Of a stretch of DNA of 64,000 nucleotides, positions 7,701-19,400 are shown in pieces (the stretch's first letter is position 1; each line of letters begins with the position of its first letter). The notes beneath the pieces were generated by a model. That model ran no database searches. It was given only the letters and a program-made list of their open reading frames with translations, and had not been told where the DNA came from. Source of the DNA: an uncultured virus (IMG/VR IMGVR_UViG_3300023210_000030) (lineage: Duplodnaviria > Heunggongvirae > Uroviricota > Caudoviricetes > Crassvirales). The stretch lies in IMG/VR virus record IMGVR_UViG_3300023210_000030; one strand, 5' to 3'. The position numbers were made by a program, and so were the translations under genes.

Positions 7701-7786
7701 TTATGTACTTAGGTATATAAAAAAAAAGAATATAATATAATAATAATCAATTAGTTATAAAAAATATAACTTGGAATAAGAATGGA

Positions 7787-10177
7787 ATGCAAATGGAAAT
7801 AACGATATTTAAAGACATAAAAAATACTGATCAACCTTTTTATAGAGAAGTAGAAGTAACATTAGAAAGGATAGAGAAGGGAAATTCAGCTGAGATAGTA
7901 AAAAGAATAAGAGCTGAAAAAGACAAAGAAAGAAGAAATGAAATAAAAAAACTTTTACCAGCTATATGTTTTAGTGGTAAGTTTATTAAAAGAAATGATA
8001 AATCATTAGTAGAACACAGTGGACTTATTTGTTTAGATTTTGATGGGTATAAAACAAACAAAGAGCTCTTACAAGAAAAAGAAATATTATCTAAAAATAA
8101 ATTTGTATTTAGTGTTTTTGTATCTCCAAGTGGTAAGGGATTAAAGGCATTAATAAAGATTCCTGCAATAGTAGAAAACCATAAAAAATATTTTAATTCA
8201 TTACAGAAATATTTAGATTCTCCATATTTTGATGCTACATCTAAAAATGTTTCACGTGTGTGTTATGAAAGTTACGATCCTTTAATTTACGTAAATCCTA
8301 CATCAAGTGTATGGGATAAGATAGAAGAAACAGAATTTGTAGAAGTTATTAAAAACACAGATACACCAACTATTCCCATTACAGATGAAAATAAAATAGT
8401 AGATATTCTACTTAAATGGTGGGAAAAAAAATATGGTTTAAAAAATGGTGAAAGAAATAACAATGTATTTATATTGGCTTCAGCTTTTAATGATTTTGGA
8501 GTTACACAAAACTTAGCAGAATTTATTATGGGTAATTTTGATTCTAAAGATTTTAATCTTAATGAAATTAAAAGAACTATACAGTCTGCATATGCTAACA
8601 CACAAAATTTTGGCTCTAAATATTATGAAGATGAAGACAGAATTAGTTTAGTAAAACAACAGTTAAGAAGAGGTGTATCAAAAAAAGAAATACGATGTCA
8701 GTTACAAGACGAAAACATTGATATTGTAGATATAGAAAACGTTATGGTTCGTCTTGAAGAAGAGCAGTCAGTTCAACAATTTTGGACTAAAAGTGATAAG
8801 GGAGTTGTAAAAATGACACACATACTTTTTAAAAATTTTTTAGAAGACAGTGGATTTTATAAGTTTAATCCTGAAGGCAGTAAAAATTATGTTTTTGTAA
8901 GGGTAACAAATAATCTTATTGATCATACATCTGAAAAAGAAATAAAAGATTTTGTATTAAGTTATTTATTAACTGTTGATGATTTATCAGTATACAATTA
9001 TTTTGCTGAAATGACAAAATATTTTAGAGAAGAGTTTCTTACTTTATTATCAAGTATAAATGTATTTTTTATTGAGGATACTAAATCTACTGCTTACTTA
9101 TATTATATGAATTGTGCAGTTAAAATTACTGTAAATGACATTACATTAATTGATTACATAGATTTAGGTGGTTATGTATGGAGAGACCACGTAATAGACA
9201 GGAGTTTTACAATGTGTAAAGTAGGTAAATGTGATTATAAAACATTTATATCAAATATTTGTGCTGAAAATGAAAGTCGTATAGCTTCAATGGAATCAAC
9301 TATAGGGTATTTACTACATGGTTGGAAAAATTTATCTTATTGTCCTGCTGTAATATTAAATGATGAAGTTATATCTGATAATCCAGAGGGAGGAACAGGT
9401 AAGGGTTTGTTTATGAATGGATTGACTCATATGAAAAAATTAGTAACTATTGATGGTAAATCGTTTACATTTGAAAGGTCATTTGCTTATCAATTAGTAT
9501 CTGCTGATACACAAATTTTATGTTTTGATGATGTAAAAAAATCTTTTGATTTTGAAAGATTGTTTAGTATTATTACAGAGGGAATTACCCTGGAGCGTAA
9601 AAATAAAGACGCAATTAAAATTCCATTTGCTAAATCTCCTAAGGTTGCGCTTACAACGAATTATGCTATTAAAGGTAAGGGGTCAAGCTTTGAAAGAAGA
9701 AAATGGGAATTAGAGCTTGCACAACACTACACTAAAGAATTTACCCCACTTGTAGAGTTTGGTAAACTAATGTTTGGTGAATGGGATGACAATGAATGGT
9801 GTCAGTTTGATAATTATATGATACAAAATTTACAGATATATTTAAACAAAGGTTTGCTAAAAAGTCAATTTGTTAATCTTAAAATTAGAAAGTTATCTGC
9901 TGAAACTTGTCACGAGTTTATTGAATGGTGTGGACTTATTGGAAGTGGAGTACCAAATGATTTATTAAAAGCTAATACAAGAATATTTAAACAGGATTTA
10001 TATGAAGATTTTATTAATGAGCATCCTGATTTTGCTCCTAAATCTAAATTTACTATATCACGTATTAAATTTTGGTCCTGGATTAGATCTTATTCTATAT
10101 TTAAATATGATATAGAATTTGTAGAGGGTAGAAATATGAACGGTAGATATATAGAATTTAAAACAAAAGAAGAATGA
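7787..10177 (+). CDS. primase-helicase (VirE-N/BT4734-like primase domain, PriCT, P-loop helicase)
   Basis: KKLLPAICFSG, HSGLICLDFD, FVSPSGKGLK, GERNN (PriCT), Walker A GGTGKG, Walker B LCFDD. Confidence 0.9.
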   Translation: MQMEITIFKDIKNTDQPFYREVEVTLERIEKGNSAEIVKRIRAEKDKERRNEIKKLLPAICFSGKFIKRNDKSLVEHSGLICLDFDGYKTNKELLQEKEILSKNKFVFSVFVSPSGKGLKALIKIPAIVENHKKYFNSLQKYLDSPYFDATSKNVSRVCYESYDPLIYVNPTSSVWDKIEETEFVEVIKNTDTPTIPITDENKIVDILLKWWEKKYGLKNGERNNNVFILASAFNDFGVTQNLAEFIMGNFDSKDFNLNEIKRTIQSAYANTQNFGSKYYEDEDRISLVKQQLRRGVSKKEIRCQLQDENIDIVDIENVMVRLEEEQSVQQFWTKSDKGVVKMTHILFKNFLEDSGFYKFNPEGSKNYVFVRVTNNLIDHTSEKEIKDFVLSYLLTVDDLSVYNYFAEMTKYFREEFLTLLSSINVFFIEDTKSTAYLYYMNCAVKITVNDITLIDYIDLGGYVWRDHVIDRSFTMCKVGKCDYKTFISNICAENESRIASMESTIGYLLHGWKNLSYCPAVILNDEVISDNPEGGTGKGLFMNGLTHMKKLVTIDGKSFTFERSFAYQLVSADTQILCFDDVKKSFDFERLFSIITEGITLERKNKDAIKIPFAKSPKVALTTNYAIKGKGSSFERRKWELELAQHYTKEFTPLVEFGKLMFGEWDDNEWCQFDNYMIQNLQIYLNKGLLKSQFVNLKIRKLSAETCHEFIEWCGLIGSGVPNDLLKANTRIFKQDLYEDFINEHPDFAPKSKFTISRIKFWSWIRSYSIFKYDIEFVEGRNMNGRYIEFKTKEE

Positions 10178-10809
10178 AGATATTAATAGCTTGTGAAGAG
10201 TCGCAAACCATAACAAACTTATACAGAGAAAAAGGTTATGAAGCATATTCGTGTGACATATTAGAGTGTAGTGGAGGAAATCCACAGTGGCATATAAAAG
10301 GCGATGCTTTAACTTATGCATACAGTGGTGAGTTTGATATGATGATAGCTCATCCACCATGTACTTACTTAGCTGTAAGTGGTGCAAGATGGATGTACAA
10401 CAAAGACGGAAGTGTTAATCAAGAAAGATTAAGCAATCAAAACAAAGCTTTAGATTTTGTAAGAAAATTAATGGATGCACCTATTAATAAAATTGCAGTA
10501 GAAAACCCAATAAGCGTTATAAGTTCTAAAATTAGAAAGCCTGATCAAATAGTACATCCGTATTGGTTTGGAGATAAAGCATCTAAATCTACTTGTTTGT
10601 GGTTAAAAAACTTACCACCACTTACTGCTACTAATATGGTTAGTAAAGGTGAATTTTTTGAATGGGTTGATAAGAAAGGAAAAAAGAAACGTCAAGCACA
10701 ATGGTATATGGATGCGTTAAAAAAAGCAAAGACACCTGAGCAGCGTAGAACATTAAGAAGTAAAACATTTGAAGGTATGGCTAAAGCAATAACAGAACAA
10801 TGGATTTAA
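10174..10809 (+). CDS. C5-cytosine DNA methyltransferase-like protein
   Basis: MKILIACEES, AYSCDI, IAHPPCTY, AVENP, KSTCLWL, RSKTFEGMAKA. Confidence 0.85.
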   Translation: MKILIACEESQTITNLYREKGYEAYSCDILECSGGNPQWHIKGDALTYAYSGEFDMMIAHPPCTYLAVSGARWMYNKDGSVNQERLSNQNKALDFVRKLMDAPINKIAVENPISVISSKIRKPDQIVHPYWFGDKASKSTCLWLKNLPPLTATNMVSKGEFFEWVDKKGKKKRQAQWYMDALKKAKTPEQRRTLRSKTFEGMAKAITEQWI

Positions 10810-12041
10810 AATTTAGAGATTATCAATCAGAGATAATTAAAAAAGCTACTGATATATTTTTATATGGATATAGTAATTTTGTGTATTTAGCTATGGAGGT
10901 TAGAACAGGTAAAACACTAACTGCTTTAGGAATTTGTTCTAATTTAAATGCAAAGAATGTTTTATTTATAACTAAGAAAAAAGCTATTACAAGTATAGAA
11001 CATGACTTTTATTTGTTAAAATCCCCTTATTATTTAGAAGTTATTAATTATGAATCATTACATAAGATTCATCAAACAGGTTGGGATGTAGTTATTTGTG
11101 ATGAATCGCATTCGTTAGGAGCTTTTCCACGTCCTAATAAAAGAGCAAAACAAGTTAAAGAAATATTTAGAAGGTCAAAGCCATATGTTTTGTTTTTATC
11201 AGGAACACCAACACCAGAGTCATACTGTCAAATGTATCATCAAGTTTACGGGGTAGATAATAATCCTTTTTCTAAATACAAAAATTTTTATGCTTTTGCT
11301 AAAACACACGTAAACGTCACTCAGAAGAAGATTAACAGTATGATGATTAATGACTACACAAAAGGATTAAAGTCTATTATGGAGGCTGTAGACCCCTTTA
11401 AAATAAGCTATACACAAAAGAAAGCAGGCTTTAAAACACAGACAGAAGAAAAAATTCTATATGTAGAATTAAATACAGGTACTATAAAATTAATAAATAG
11501 ATTAAAAAAAGACAGAGTATTGGAAGGAGATGGGGAAATACTATTAGCAGATACAGGAGTTAAACTAATGTCTAAAATACATCAATTATGTTCTGGTACT
11601 GTTAAGTTTGAAAGTGGTAACGCAATGACTGTAGATTTTAATAAAGTAAATTTTATTAAAAAATATTTTGACAATAAAAAAATTGCTATTTTTTATAAGT
11701 TTACTCAAGAGTATAAAGCTTTAAAAGAAGTTTATGGTGACAATATAACAAATGATTTAGAAGAATTTAAAACTACAGATAAATGTATAGCTTTGCAAAT
11801 CGTATCAGGAAGAGAAGGAATAAGTTTAAAAGAAGCTGAAGCACTTGTTTATTACAATATAGATTTTAGTGCAACATCTTATTTTCAAAGTCGTGATCGT
11901 ATGACAACTAAAGACAGAGCTTATAATAAAATATATTGGATTTTTAGTCATAACGGAATAGAAAATGATATTTATAAAGCTGTAGTTAAAAAGAAAGATT
12001 ATACCCTATCACATTTTAAAAGAGATTCATTAGATTTGTAA
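10800..12041 (+). CDS. SF2 (SNF2-like) helicase
   Basis: Q motif RDYQ, EVRTGKT, DESH, SGTP, GREGISL, QSRDR. Confidence 0.9.
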   Translation: MDLKFRDYQSEIIKKATDIFLYGYSNFVYLAMEVRTGKTLTALGICSNLNAKNVLFITKKKAITSIEHDFYLLKSPYYLEVINYESLHKIHQTGWDVVICDESHSLGAFPRPNKRAKQVKEIFRRSKPYVLFLSGTPTPESYCQMYHQVYGVDNNPFSKYKNFYAFAKTHVNVTQKKINSMMINDYTKGLKSIMEAVDPFKISYTQKKAGFKTQTEEKILYVELNTGTIKLINRLKKDRVLEGDGEILLADTGVKLMSKIHQLCSGTVKFESGNAMTVDFNKVNFIKKYFDNKKIAIFYKFTQEYKALKEVYGDNITNDLEEFKTTDKCIALQIVSGREGISLKEAEALVYYNIDFSATSYFQSRDRMTTKDRAYNKIYWIFSHNGIENDIYKAVVKKKDYTLSHFKRDSLDL

Positions 12042-12042
12042 A

Positions 12043-12285
12043 ATGACAGAGAATCAAATCCAATTGAAAAGAATAAACCAATTGGAAGATGAAGGCTATT
12101 ATGTTATTAAATTAACAGTAACAAATAGAAATGGGATACCTGATTTAATAGCTATACCTAAAAATTCAGATGTATTATTTTCTGAAATAAAAAAGCCTGA
12201 TGGTAAAGTATCTATGCTACAGAAGTTTAGACTAAAACAATTAAAAGAACATGGAATTAAAACTGAAATCTACAGAGGAGACTAA
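12043..12285 (+). CDS. VRR-NUC nuclease (resolvase-like)
   Basis: TENQIQ...GIPDLI...SEIKKPDGKVSMLQ. Confidence 0.85.
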   Translation: MTENQIQLKRINQLEDEGYYVIKLTVTNRNGIPDLIAIPKNSDVLFSEIKKPDGKVSMLQKFRLKQLKEHGIKTEIYRGD

Positions 12286-12589
12286 ATGGAGTGTGGAAGA
12301 TGAATTTATAGAAAATTTGCAAGAAGAATTTAAAATTGTAAAAGCCATTAAAATAGCTTCTTTTATACAAAATAATTTACAAGAAGTTCCAATAAATTTA
12401 TTGACTTCTCAAATTTTAGGAGGTTGTATTGTTGATATTGATAAAAATAATATAACTTTTGCATTAGAAATTATTAGGCTAAATAAAGGTCCTTCCATCT
12501 TATCAAACATTTGTTTAATCTCTATGGATGAATATCTTGATTTAAGATTATTAAATTGTTATATAAAAAATCCTAATGAATTAGGATAA
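12251..12589 (+). CDS. hypothetical protein
   Basis: 112-aa ORF within the operon. Confidence 0.7.
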   Translation: MELKLKSTEETKWSVEDEFIENLQEEFKIVKAIKIASFIQNNLQEVPINLLTSQILGGCIVDIDKNNITFALEIIRLNKGPSILSNICLISMDEYLDLRLLNCYIKNPNELG

Positions 12590-12603
12590 GATGTATTTTT
12601 TTT

Positions 12604-12611
12604 TATATTTG
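12604..12611 (+). promoter_or_regulatory. Bacteroidota sigma70 -7 element
   Basis: TATATTTG 17 nt upstream of the ATG at 12628. Confidence 0.6.
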
Positions 12612-12627
12612 ATAAAACCAAGTATAA

Positions 12628-12819
12628 ATGTCAAGAATTGCACCAGAAGACCAATCATCTATTAATCATATTAAGTATATTACTAATAATATACATGATT
12701 TTAGTGACGAGCTTTATGAAGATTTAATGGATAGGGAGCATGAAAGTGCAAAGAAAAAAGCTCAGGATTTAATCAAAATTCTTGCTGACTTAATACAATC
12801 ATTAAGTGAGGAAATCTAA
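12628..12819 (+). CDS. hypothetical helical protein
   Basis: 63-aa ORF behind the promoter. Confidence 0.75.
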   Translation: MSRIAPEDQSSINHIKYITNNIHDFSDELYEDLMDREHESAKKKAQDLIKILADLIQSLSEEI

Positions 12820-12849
12820 TAGAATACAAATAATAATAATCTGGCCATC

Positions 12850-13245
12850 ATGAACAAAGAACGAGCAAAAGAATTAGACGTTTTCTGCAAAACAGTTGCA
12901 GAAAGATTTTCAAACAAAACAAGAAGTGGAAACGTAAACAACGAAACATTTAATGTAGATGAAATTATACCTACATCAGATGATTCTGCTGTAGTAAATT
13001 TTAAAAAAAACACAGGTAAGTTAGCTGTAGCTTTTTGTTATTACATTAATAGAGGAAGATCAAAAGGATGGAAATATTTTTTCCCTACTGATGCTCATGT
13101 TGTAGGAATGCAAGCTTTTTCTTACTATAAATTAGAAGCTGAGAGAAAAAATTACAAGAAAAATTTTGAGAAAGAGGCTGTTGAACAGTACAATAGGAAT
13201 AGAGATTACCCTGATCAAATAAAATCATTAGAAGAAATAAATTAA
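12850..13245 (+). CDS. hypothetical protein
   Basis: 131-aa ORF, last gene of the + arm; its stop overlaps the convergent gene. Confidence 0.8.
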   Translation: MNKERAKELDVFCKTVAERFSNKTRSGNVNNETFNVDEIIPTSDDSAVVNFKKNTGKLAVAFCYYINRGRSKGWKYFFPTDAHVVGMQAFSYYKLEAERKNYKKNFEKEAVEQYNRNRDYPDQIKSLEEIN

Positions 13246-13499
13246 TTATATATAATTTGCTTAAGTTTTGTTTGCAAATTTACAATTTCTTGACATTTTT
13301 CATACTCTTCAGTGTAAATAAAATAAGTTAAAAGCTCTTCATAAATAGGATTATTATGTCTTAATGGTTGGTCTTCAGGATTGTGTAAAAACCACAGATC
13401 TGCATCTGAATCTAAAAATTCTTCAATAGTTTTTTTACCTGTTATTAAAAGATAGGTATTGTTAAAACATATGTCTTCGTCAAAATTAGTATGTTCCAT
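13242..13499 (-). CDS. hypothetical protein with a UVR-like C-terminal motif
   Basis: YFIYTEEYEKCQEI; last gene of the - arm. Confidence 0.7.
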   Translation of the reverse strand: MEHTNFDEDICFNNTYLLITGKKTIEEFLDSDADLWFLHNPEDQPLRHNNPIYEELLTYFIYTEEYEKCQEIVNLQTKLKQIIYN

Positions 13500-16400
13500 A
13501 TAATTGATAATATAATTCAGGATTTTCTACTCTCATTACAGATTTACTTTTTAATTTAGTACTGCCTTTTTTATTTCTTTGTAGTTGCTCGTATAATTCA
13601 GGATTAGTTTCTTTAATAAATTTTAAATCTTCTTTTGAATATGACTTACCTAAAGCTGGTTGATATGAAGGACTAATTCCTAACACACTATACACAGCTT
13701 TATCTTGATCCTTATCTGTTGCTCCAAAAATATTATACAGGCCAATAAAAGGGTCTAATTGAGCTCCTAAGCCTATCTCTACAAGAGGTTGTATTCCTTT
13801 AGAAAGACTTTTATCTTTTGTAGCCTTAAATATTTTTCTACTTATAGCCTTATAAGGATTAACAACATCATCACTAAAACCTTTTCTACCTTTTATTTTA
13901 TTAATTCCTTCTTCTGCAGCTGATCCAAAAAGAGGTATTTGATATAATAAGTTTAATCCGTACATTGCATCTTTTACTCTGTTCATTGCTACCTCCTTAT
14001 CTTCATCATCACCTTTTATTAATAAAGCTATATTTGCAGCTAAAGCAAACATTACATTTGCTCCTGCAAAATTTAAAGCTAAAGCTCTAATATCTTTGCT
14101 TTTTACATCTCTAACTTTTCCTTTTTCAGCAATAGACTTCATGATATTAGATTGTGCTTGTAATACCTTATTTATTTGTAAAAACAAAGTACTTCCAAAC
14201 ATTGTAAATGGACGAACAAATGCGCTTTGACTTTGTTGAAGTGGAATTTTATCAGTGTCTCTTCTTGATTGTTGAGTAGCATTATAATTATTAAAAGTTT
14301 CTGCTGCTTTTGCTTTAGACATACCTTTAGATAAATTTCTTTCATAATTTACCATATATCCCATTACTCCCATAACATCTCCTATAACAGTTGGAGAGGC
14401 TGCAGCTTTTTTAAAGAAAGTAACTGCACGATTTATTCTTCCTTCAGCATCAGATCCTGTAAGTCTTTTTTCTATAGGCTTCATAATTCTACTTCCTGAT
14501 TCTAACCTATAAATATCTCCTTCTAAACCTTTACGCAAACGATCAGTAAAATCAGGTGATATTGTTTTAGCTAATCTTATGTAATAAGGAAGGTTAGCAA
14601 TTACTTTAGCCATTCCTATCATAAACTCACCAATATTACCATCATATTCTTCAAAAGCATTTACAAATGATGTAGATTGTTTAAGCAACTGAACTGCCTT
14701 AAAAGATAAAGCAAAACCTGTAAATTTAGTCATTATTTTATCTATAACTGTTCTATTTATCATTCCTGCTTGAGGGTTTAAAGCTAAATTAATAGAGTTA
14801 TATATAGTTTTTTTAACCCCTAATTCAGTTAATAAGGTATTAACAGCAGGAACTTTAAAAATAGCTTCTAAATTTTTAACACCTGGAGCATAAGCTTTAT
14901 ACCGTTCCATTTGTGAAATATGATTTTCTAATGTGTCAGTAAAAGTCTCCTTAGTATCTATTTTACCTGTCAAGTCAGTCCTATTTTTAGTAGCCGAATT
15001 GTTTTCTTGATTAAATACTTGGCTAAAATTACCTCCTTGTAGCTCTTGTTGATTAGCAGCAGAAATACTTTTAGTAGGAAAATAATTTTCCACAGGATTT
15101 AAATTAACATAATTATTTTGTAGATAAACATCATTAATGCTTTCAAAATAATCTGTGCTTAAATACTCTACAATTTTATCTGCAAACTCTATTGCATCTG
15201 TTCCGATAAACTCTTCTATTTGTAGTAATTGTTTTGGACCAAATCCATTAGCTTCTAATTTAATTCTTTGATCAGCGTTTTTAGATAAAGCATAAATTCT
15301 TATTAATTGACCAATATTATATTGGGCTTTAGTTTTATCATTTAACATTAATTCTCTAATCCCAAAAGGTATTTTAGATTTCCAATCTTTAAAGTTTTCT
15401 ATACCAGGGATAGTAGCAGCAATATTATTTAAAATTTCTTGTTGATTGTAATAGCCACTTAAAGCTTTAGTGTGCATTCTATTCATTGCTTGATAAACGT
15501 TTTCATAAAAGAATGTATTCTTTTTAGCAACATTATCTAATAAGTTCATTAGTGTTCCTAAATGAGACATTTGATTTCTAAAAAAATTTGCAATACCTAT
15601 TCCAGATGTAAATTTATATTGATTCCACCAATTTGTTAATTTGTTTTTAAGAGTACCAGAAAACATTTGATTTCTTATCTGATCTATTTTTTCGCTATCA
15701 AGAACTTCTCCTGTTACTTTATCAAATAACTCAGGATGGTTTTCTCTAATTTCTGAAGTTGCTTGATTATAAATATCATTGTTGATTTCAGCTCTTTCTA
15801 AACGTGATGCATTTAACATAGCAATAGAGGCTTTTTTCTCTTGTTTTAATAAATTATATAAATCTTTTACAGCTTCTAATTCTAAGTTTTGTATATTAGA
15901 ATAGGTGTCAAAAGCTAATACTCTATTAATTAATCTAACTTCTGCTACAGTTAATCTTTCATTACGTTTTTCTTTTTCTAAAGCTATATTGGTTGCTTCT
16001 TCGTTAGCTTTAATTTGATTAGATAATTTAGATAAGGCCACTGTTCTTTTGCTTGCCGTCTCTCCTTTTCCAATTGTATTTGGAAGTGTTACAGCTCTGA
16101 TGACATCAATAACATCTTTAAAAAACTCTTTACCTTGGGCTTCTACACTTGTTGCTTTAGGTCTGCTTCCTGTTTCTTTTAAAGCTTTATTAAGAATTTT
16201 TTTCATGTCAAAAATAATATTATTTTTAACTTGATCTCTTTTGCGATTTACTGTTTTTAATACTTTCTCTCCTACAGATAAAATAGAATCAGCATTAGAA
16301 TTAGCTACCAAAGTAAGTAAGTTTTTAACTTCTGATTTAGAATAAGTAGCTTCAGCAGGTAAATATTTATCTATTAATTGCTTAAGTTGTAATTGTACTT

Positions 16401-19400
16401 TTCTTAAATCTATTTCTCCTTGTTTTCTTAAATATAAATCACGTTTTAATCTTGCAATTCTTTTTTTAATTACTTGACTTTTTATATTATTAAGAAAACC
16501 TGCATAACTTATTTCTACCTGAGCTTTAACTGTTTTATATTGTGCTTTAAATATATCATTATTTCTTAGTATCTTTAAAGATTCTTTGGCTACTTGAATA
16601 GAAGTGGCGTTAGGATTTTTTCTCATCCATTTCTTTATTTCATAAGTAATTTCATTAAATAAAGTTTGTCCTTTGTTATCTTCTACACGAGTAAATTCAA
16701 AAGGCATACCAGTGAATTCACCTGTTTTTTGTTCTAATGCAGCTCGTGCAGCATCTACAGTTAATTTTCTGTTGTTACGTAAGTATTCATATATAGCAGC
16801 ATCACTATAATCTCTACCACGAGCTTTTGCTACTACATCATTAACAGTATCTGATTTGTCAAACAAAACAAATACAGAAGTTTTTACTTCACTCATATTA
16901 ACTTCACCTGTCATTGTAGGAACTTGACCTGGGCTATATGTAGAAGTATTTTCTTTACCAAAATTTGGTACTAATACTTCTGAACCAGCTTCTCTGTCTT
17001 GAGGTAAATGTAATATAGGCTTTCCTTCTTTTCCTTCAACTGGTTTACCATTTTCATCAACAATTTTTATAGTCTTATCATAACTTGGATGTTTACTATC
17101 AAAAGTTTTTACTTTTTGATTAACTTCTATAACTCCATATATATCTCCTGTGCTTAATCCTTTAGTGATATTTTCTGCCATTGCTAAAGCTAATAAGTCA
17201 GAAAGACCTTGCTGTAAAGCTTTCCCTGTTTTTGCTTGTACTGTTGATCCTACACCAACTTTTCTTTTAGTATCTCCACCTAAAAACTCAGCTGCCCTCA
17301 ATTGTTGTTCTGAAGTTAACTTAGCTGCTGCTAAAGAATCAGCAATACCTTTTACTATATTACCTCTTGTTTCAAATGTTCCTGATTTTTCATCGCTAAA
17401 TAACTTTACAATATCTTTCTTTATATCTTTTGCACTTTTTCTTAATTTAAAAGGCTTAAACTTTGGAGCAGGTTTCTTGTCTTTTTTAGCTTTTGTTGTT
17501 AGTCTTGCTTGTTCTCTTGTTACCGCCCTACTTACGGCAGCTCTGAATTCAGACGCTGAAAATATATTATTATCTAACATTAAATCTAAAATTTTCATAG
17601 CACCTTGAACACCCGAAGCACTACTCATTAATTTTTGATCTGAACCTTTAGCCAACATCAAAAAAGCTTTACCTTGTTTGTCTATTTGTTTGTTTAAAGC
17701 TTTTACTATTTGTTCTGCAGCTGCTTCAGTTGAAGCCCACACATCTCCAAATTTAGTTACAAAAAATATTCCTCCTGATCCTTCAAATATTTGTTCTCCT
17801 TTATATTTTATTTCACCTGCAAGCATATCATCAGGAGAATGAACAGAAACCTCTACATTATTACCCATGCCTTCAAATATTTCTTTGACAGTTTTAGGTT
17901 CTTTAATCAATCCATCTTTTATATACTCAGCTATCTTTTCATCTTCTGTATATGTGATTTCAAAATCACCATAAATCATTGTCTTTAAAGCAGCTGAAGG
18001 ATTTTTAACATTTTTACCTCCAGCAAATAAATCAAGTTGTTTTACATCTGACTTAGTAATTGTTTCTCCTGTCTGTACTTTACCTGCAATTACGTTTATC
18101 AAGTCAATCATATCTTTATCAGTTGCAATAATATCTTCTGCAGTTAACCCTAACAAATTACTTAACTTACTTAAAAATTTTTGTACAATAGTTTTTTCAG
18201 GAGCTTTTAAAGTAGCCATATTGTTAGCTAAAAAACTAAATACCTCTGCCATGTATTCTTCGTTAGCAAAAGCCATTCTTTTTTTATCTCCTTTGTTATA
18301 TTTTTTATATAAATTAAGGTATTTATCAATTTGTTTTTTTGCTTCAGGACTTAAATCTGCTTTAGCAAGAGCCTTCATCATTCTGTCAGAAAGTGCAGCA
18401 ATTTTAGATTCTGATCCTAACTTATTTTTTAATATAGCATGAAATACTTCGTGTTGTAATACACGTGCATTTGCAATATCAGCATTTATATGTATAATAT
18501 TAGTCTTAGGGTTAAATAATCCAGCTGATCTTACTTTGTTGTTACCTGTAGCGTTTTGATAGTCTGCTTCCGTTTCATGAATAACAACCATTACTTTAGG
18601 TGCTAATCGTTTTAAAGCAGCTAAAGCTCTTTTTGTTGGTTTTATAAATTTCTCTGAACGTTTACGTGATCCTGAATCAGATTCATTTACATAAGCATTA
18701 GGAGCTATAGCTTTTAATTCTTTTACTTTCGCTTTCTTTTGCGTGTCTGTTTTTTGTTTTTCAACTTTTGTATCGGACTCACTTTTTCTGGAAGGGATTT
18801 CAGATTTGGCGTTTCCTTGATCCACCTCTGGAGTAGTTGTGGTTTGTTCTTGGCCAGGTATCGTAGTTGTGCTTTGCTCTGTATTGGCATCTTGTTTAAT
18901 TTCAGTTTTATTTATTATGCTATCATCTAATATAATTATTTCACCCGTTGTTCCATCTTCGTATTTTGTTATAATAGAATCATAACCATCTTTTATTAAA
19001 GCTTTAGATAATGCTTTTCCTTTTTTTCCTTTGTATTTTTTTGATAACTCTCTTTTATATTCAATTTGTGTGTCATCTGTAACTTCAATAACTAATGGCG
19101 ATTTAATATCTGCAGTTCCTGATTCAAAACCATCAGGAGTAAAACCATTATCTTGTGTAATATAAATTCAGCTTGCTTCAACATCTTGTCCAAATTCAGA
19201 ACCCATATCGGGGGACTTTTCTTTGTTTCTATTATACTTTATATTAACAGGTTGATTAGTTTTAATTTCATCTCCTTTAACAACTTTAACCGTCTCTTCT
19301 ACTACTTCTGTTTGATTTTCAGAGGTATTCTCTACCTCTGTTTCTACTTCTATTTCTTCAGCTAAAGATTTTGCTTCTTTTTTTGTCTCAGGTGTAGTCT

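Noticed and set aside
6166..13013. Minus-strand ORFs within replication genes (6166..6408, 7840..8061, 8287..8601, 10058..10387, 12816..13013)
   Set aside because: They overlap well-supported + strand genes and have no independent support
19168..19170. Genome-wide TGA reassignment (Gly or Trp code)
   Set aside because: Only one internal TGA was found among all long genes, GGA and TGG are used normally, and TGA terminates genes at 1235, 3004, 10177, 58302 and 62805
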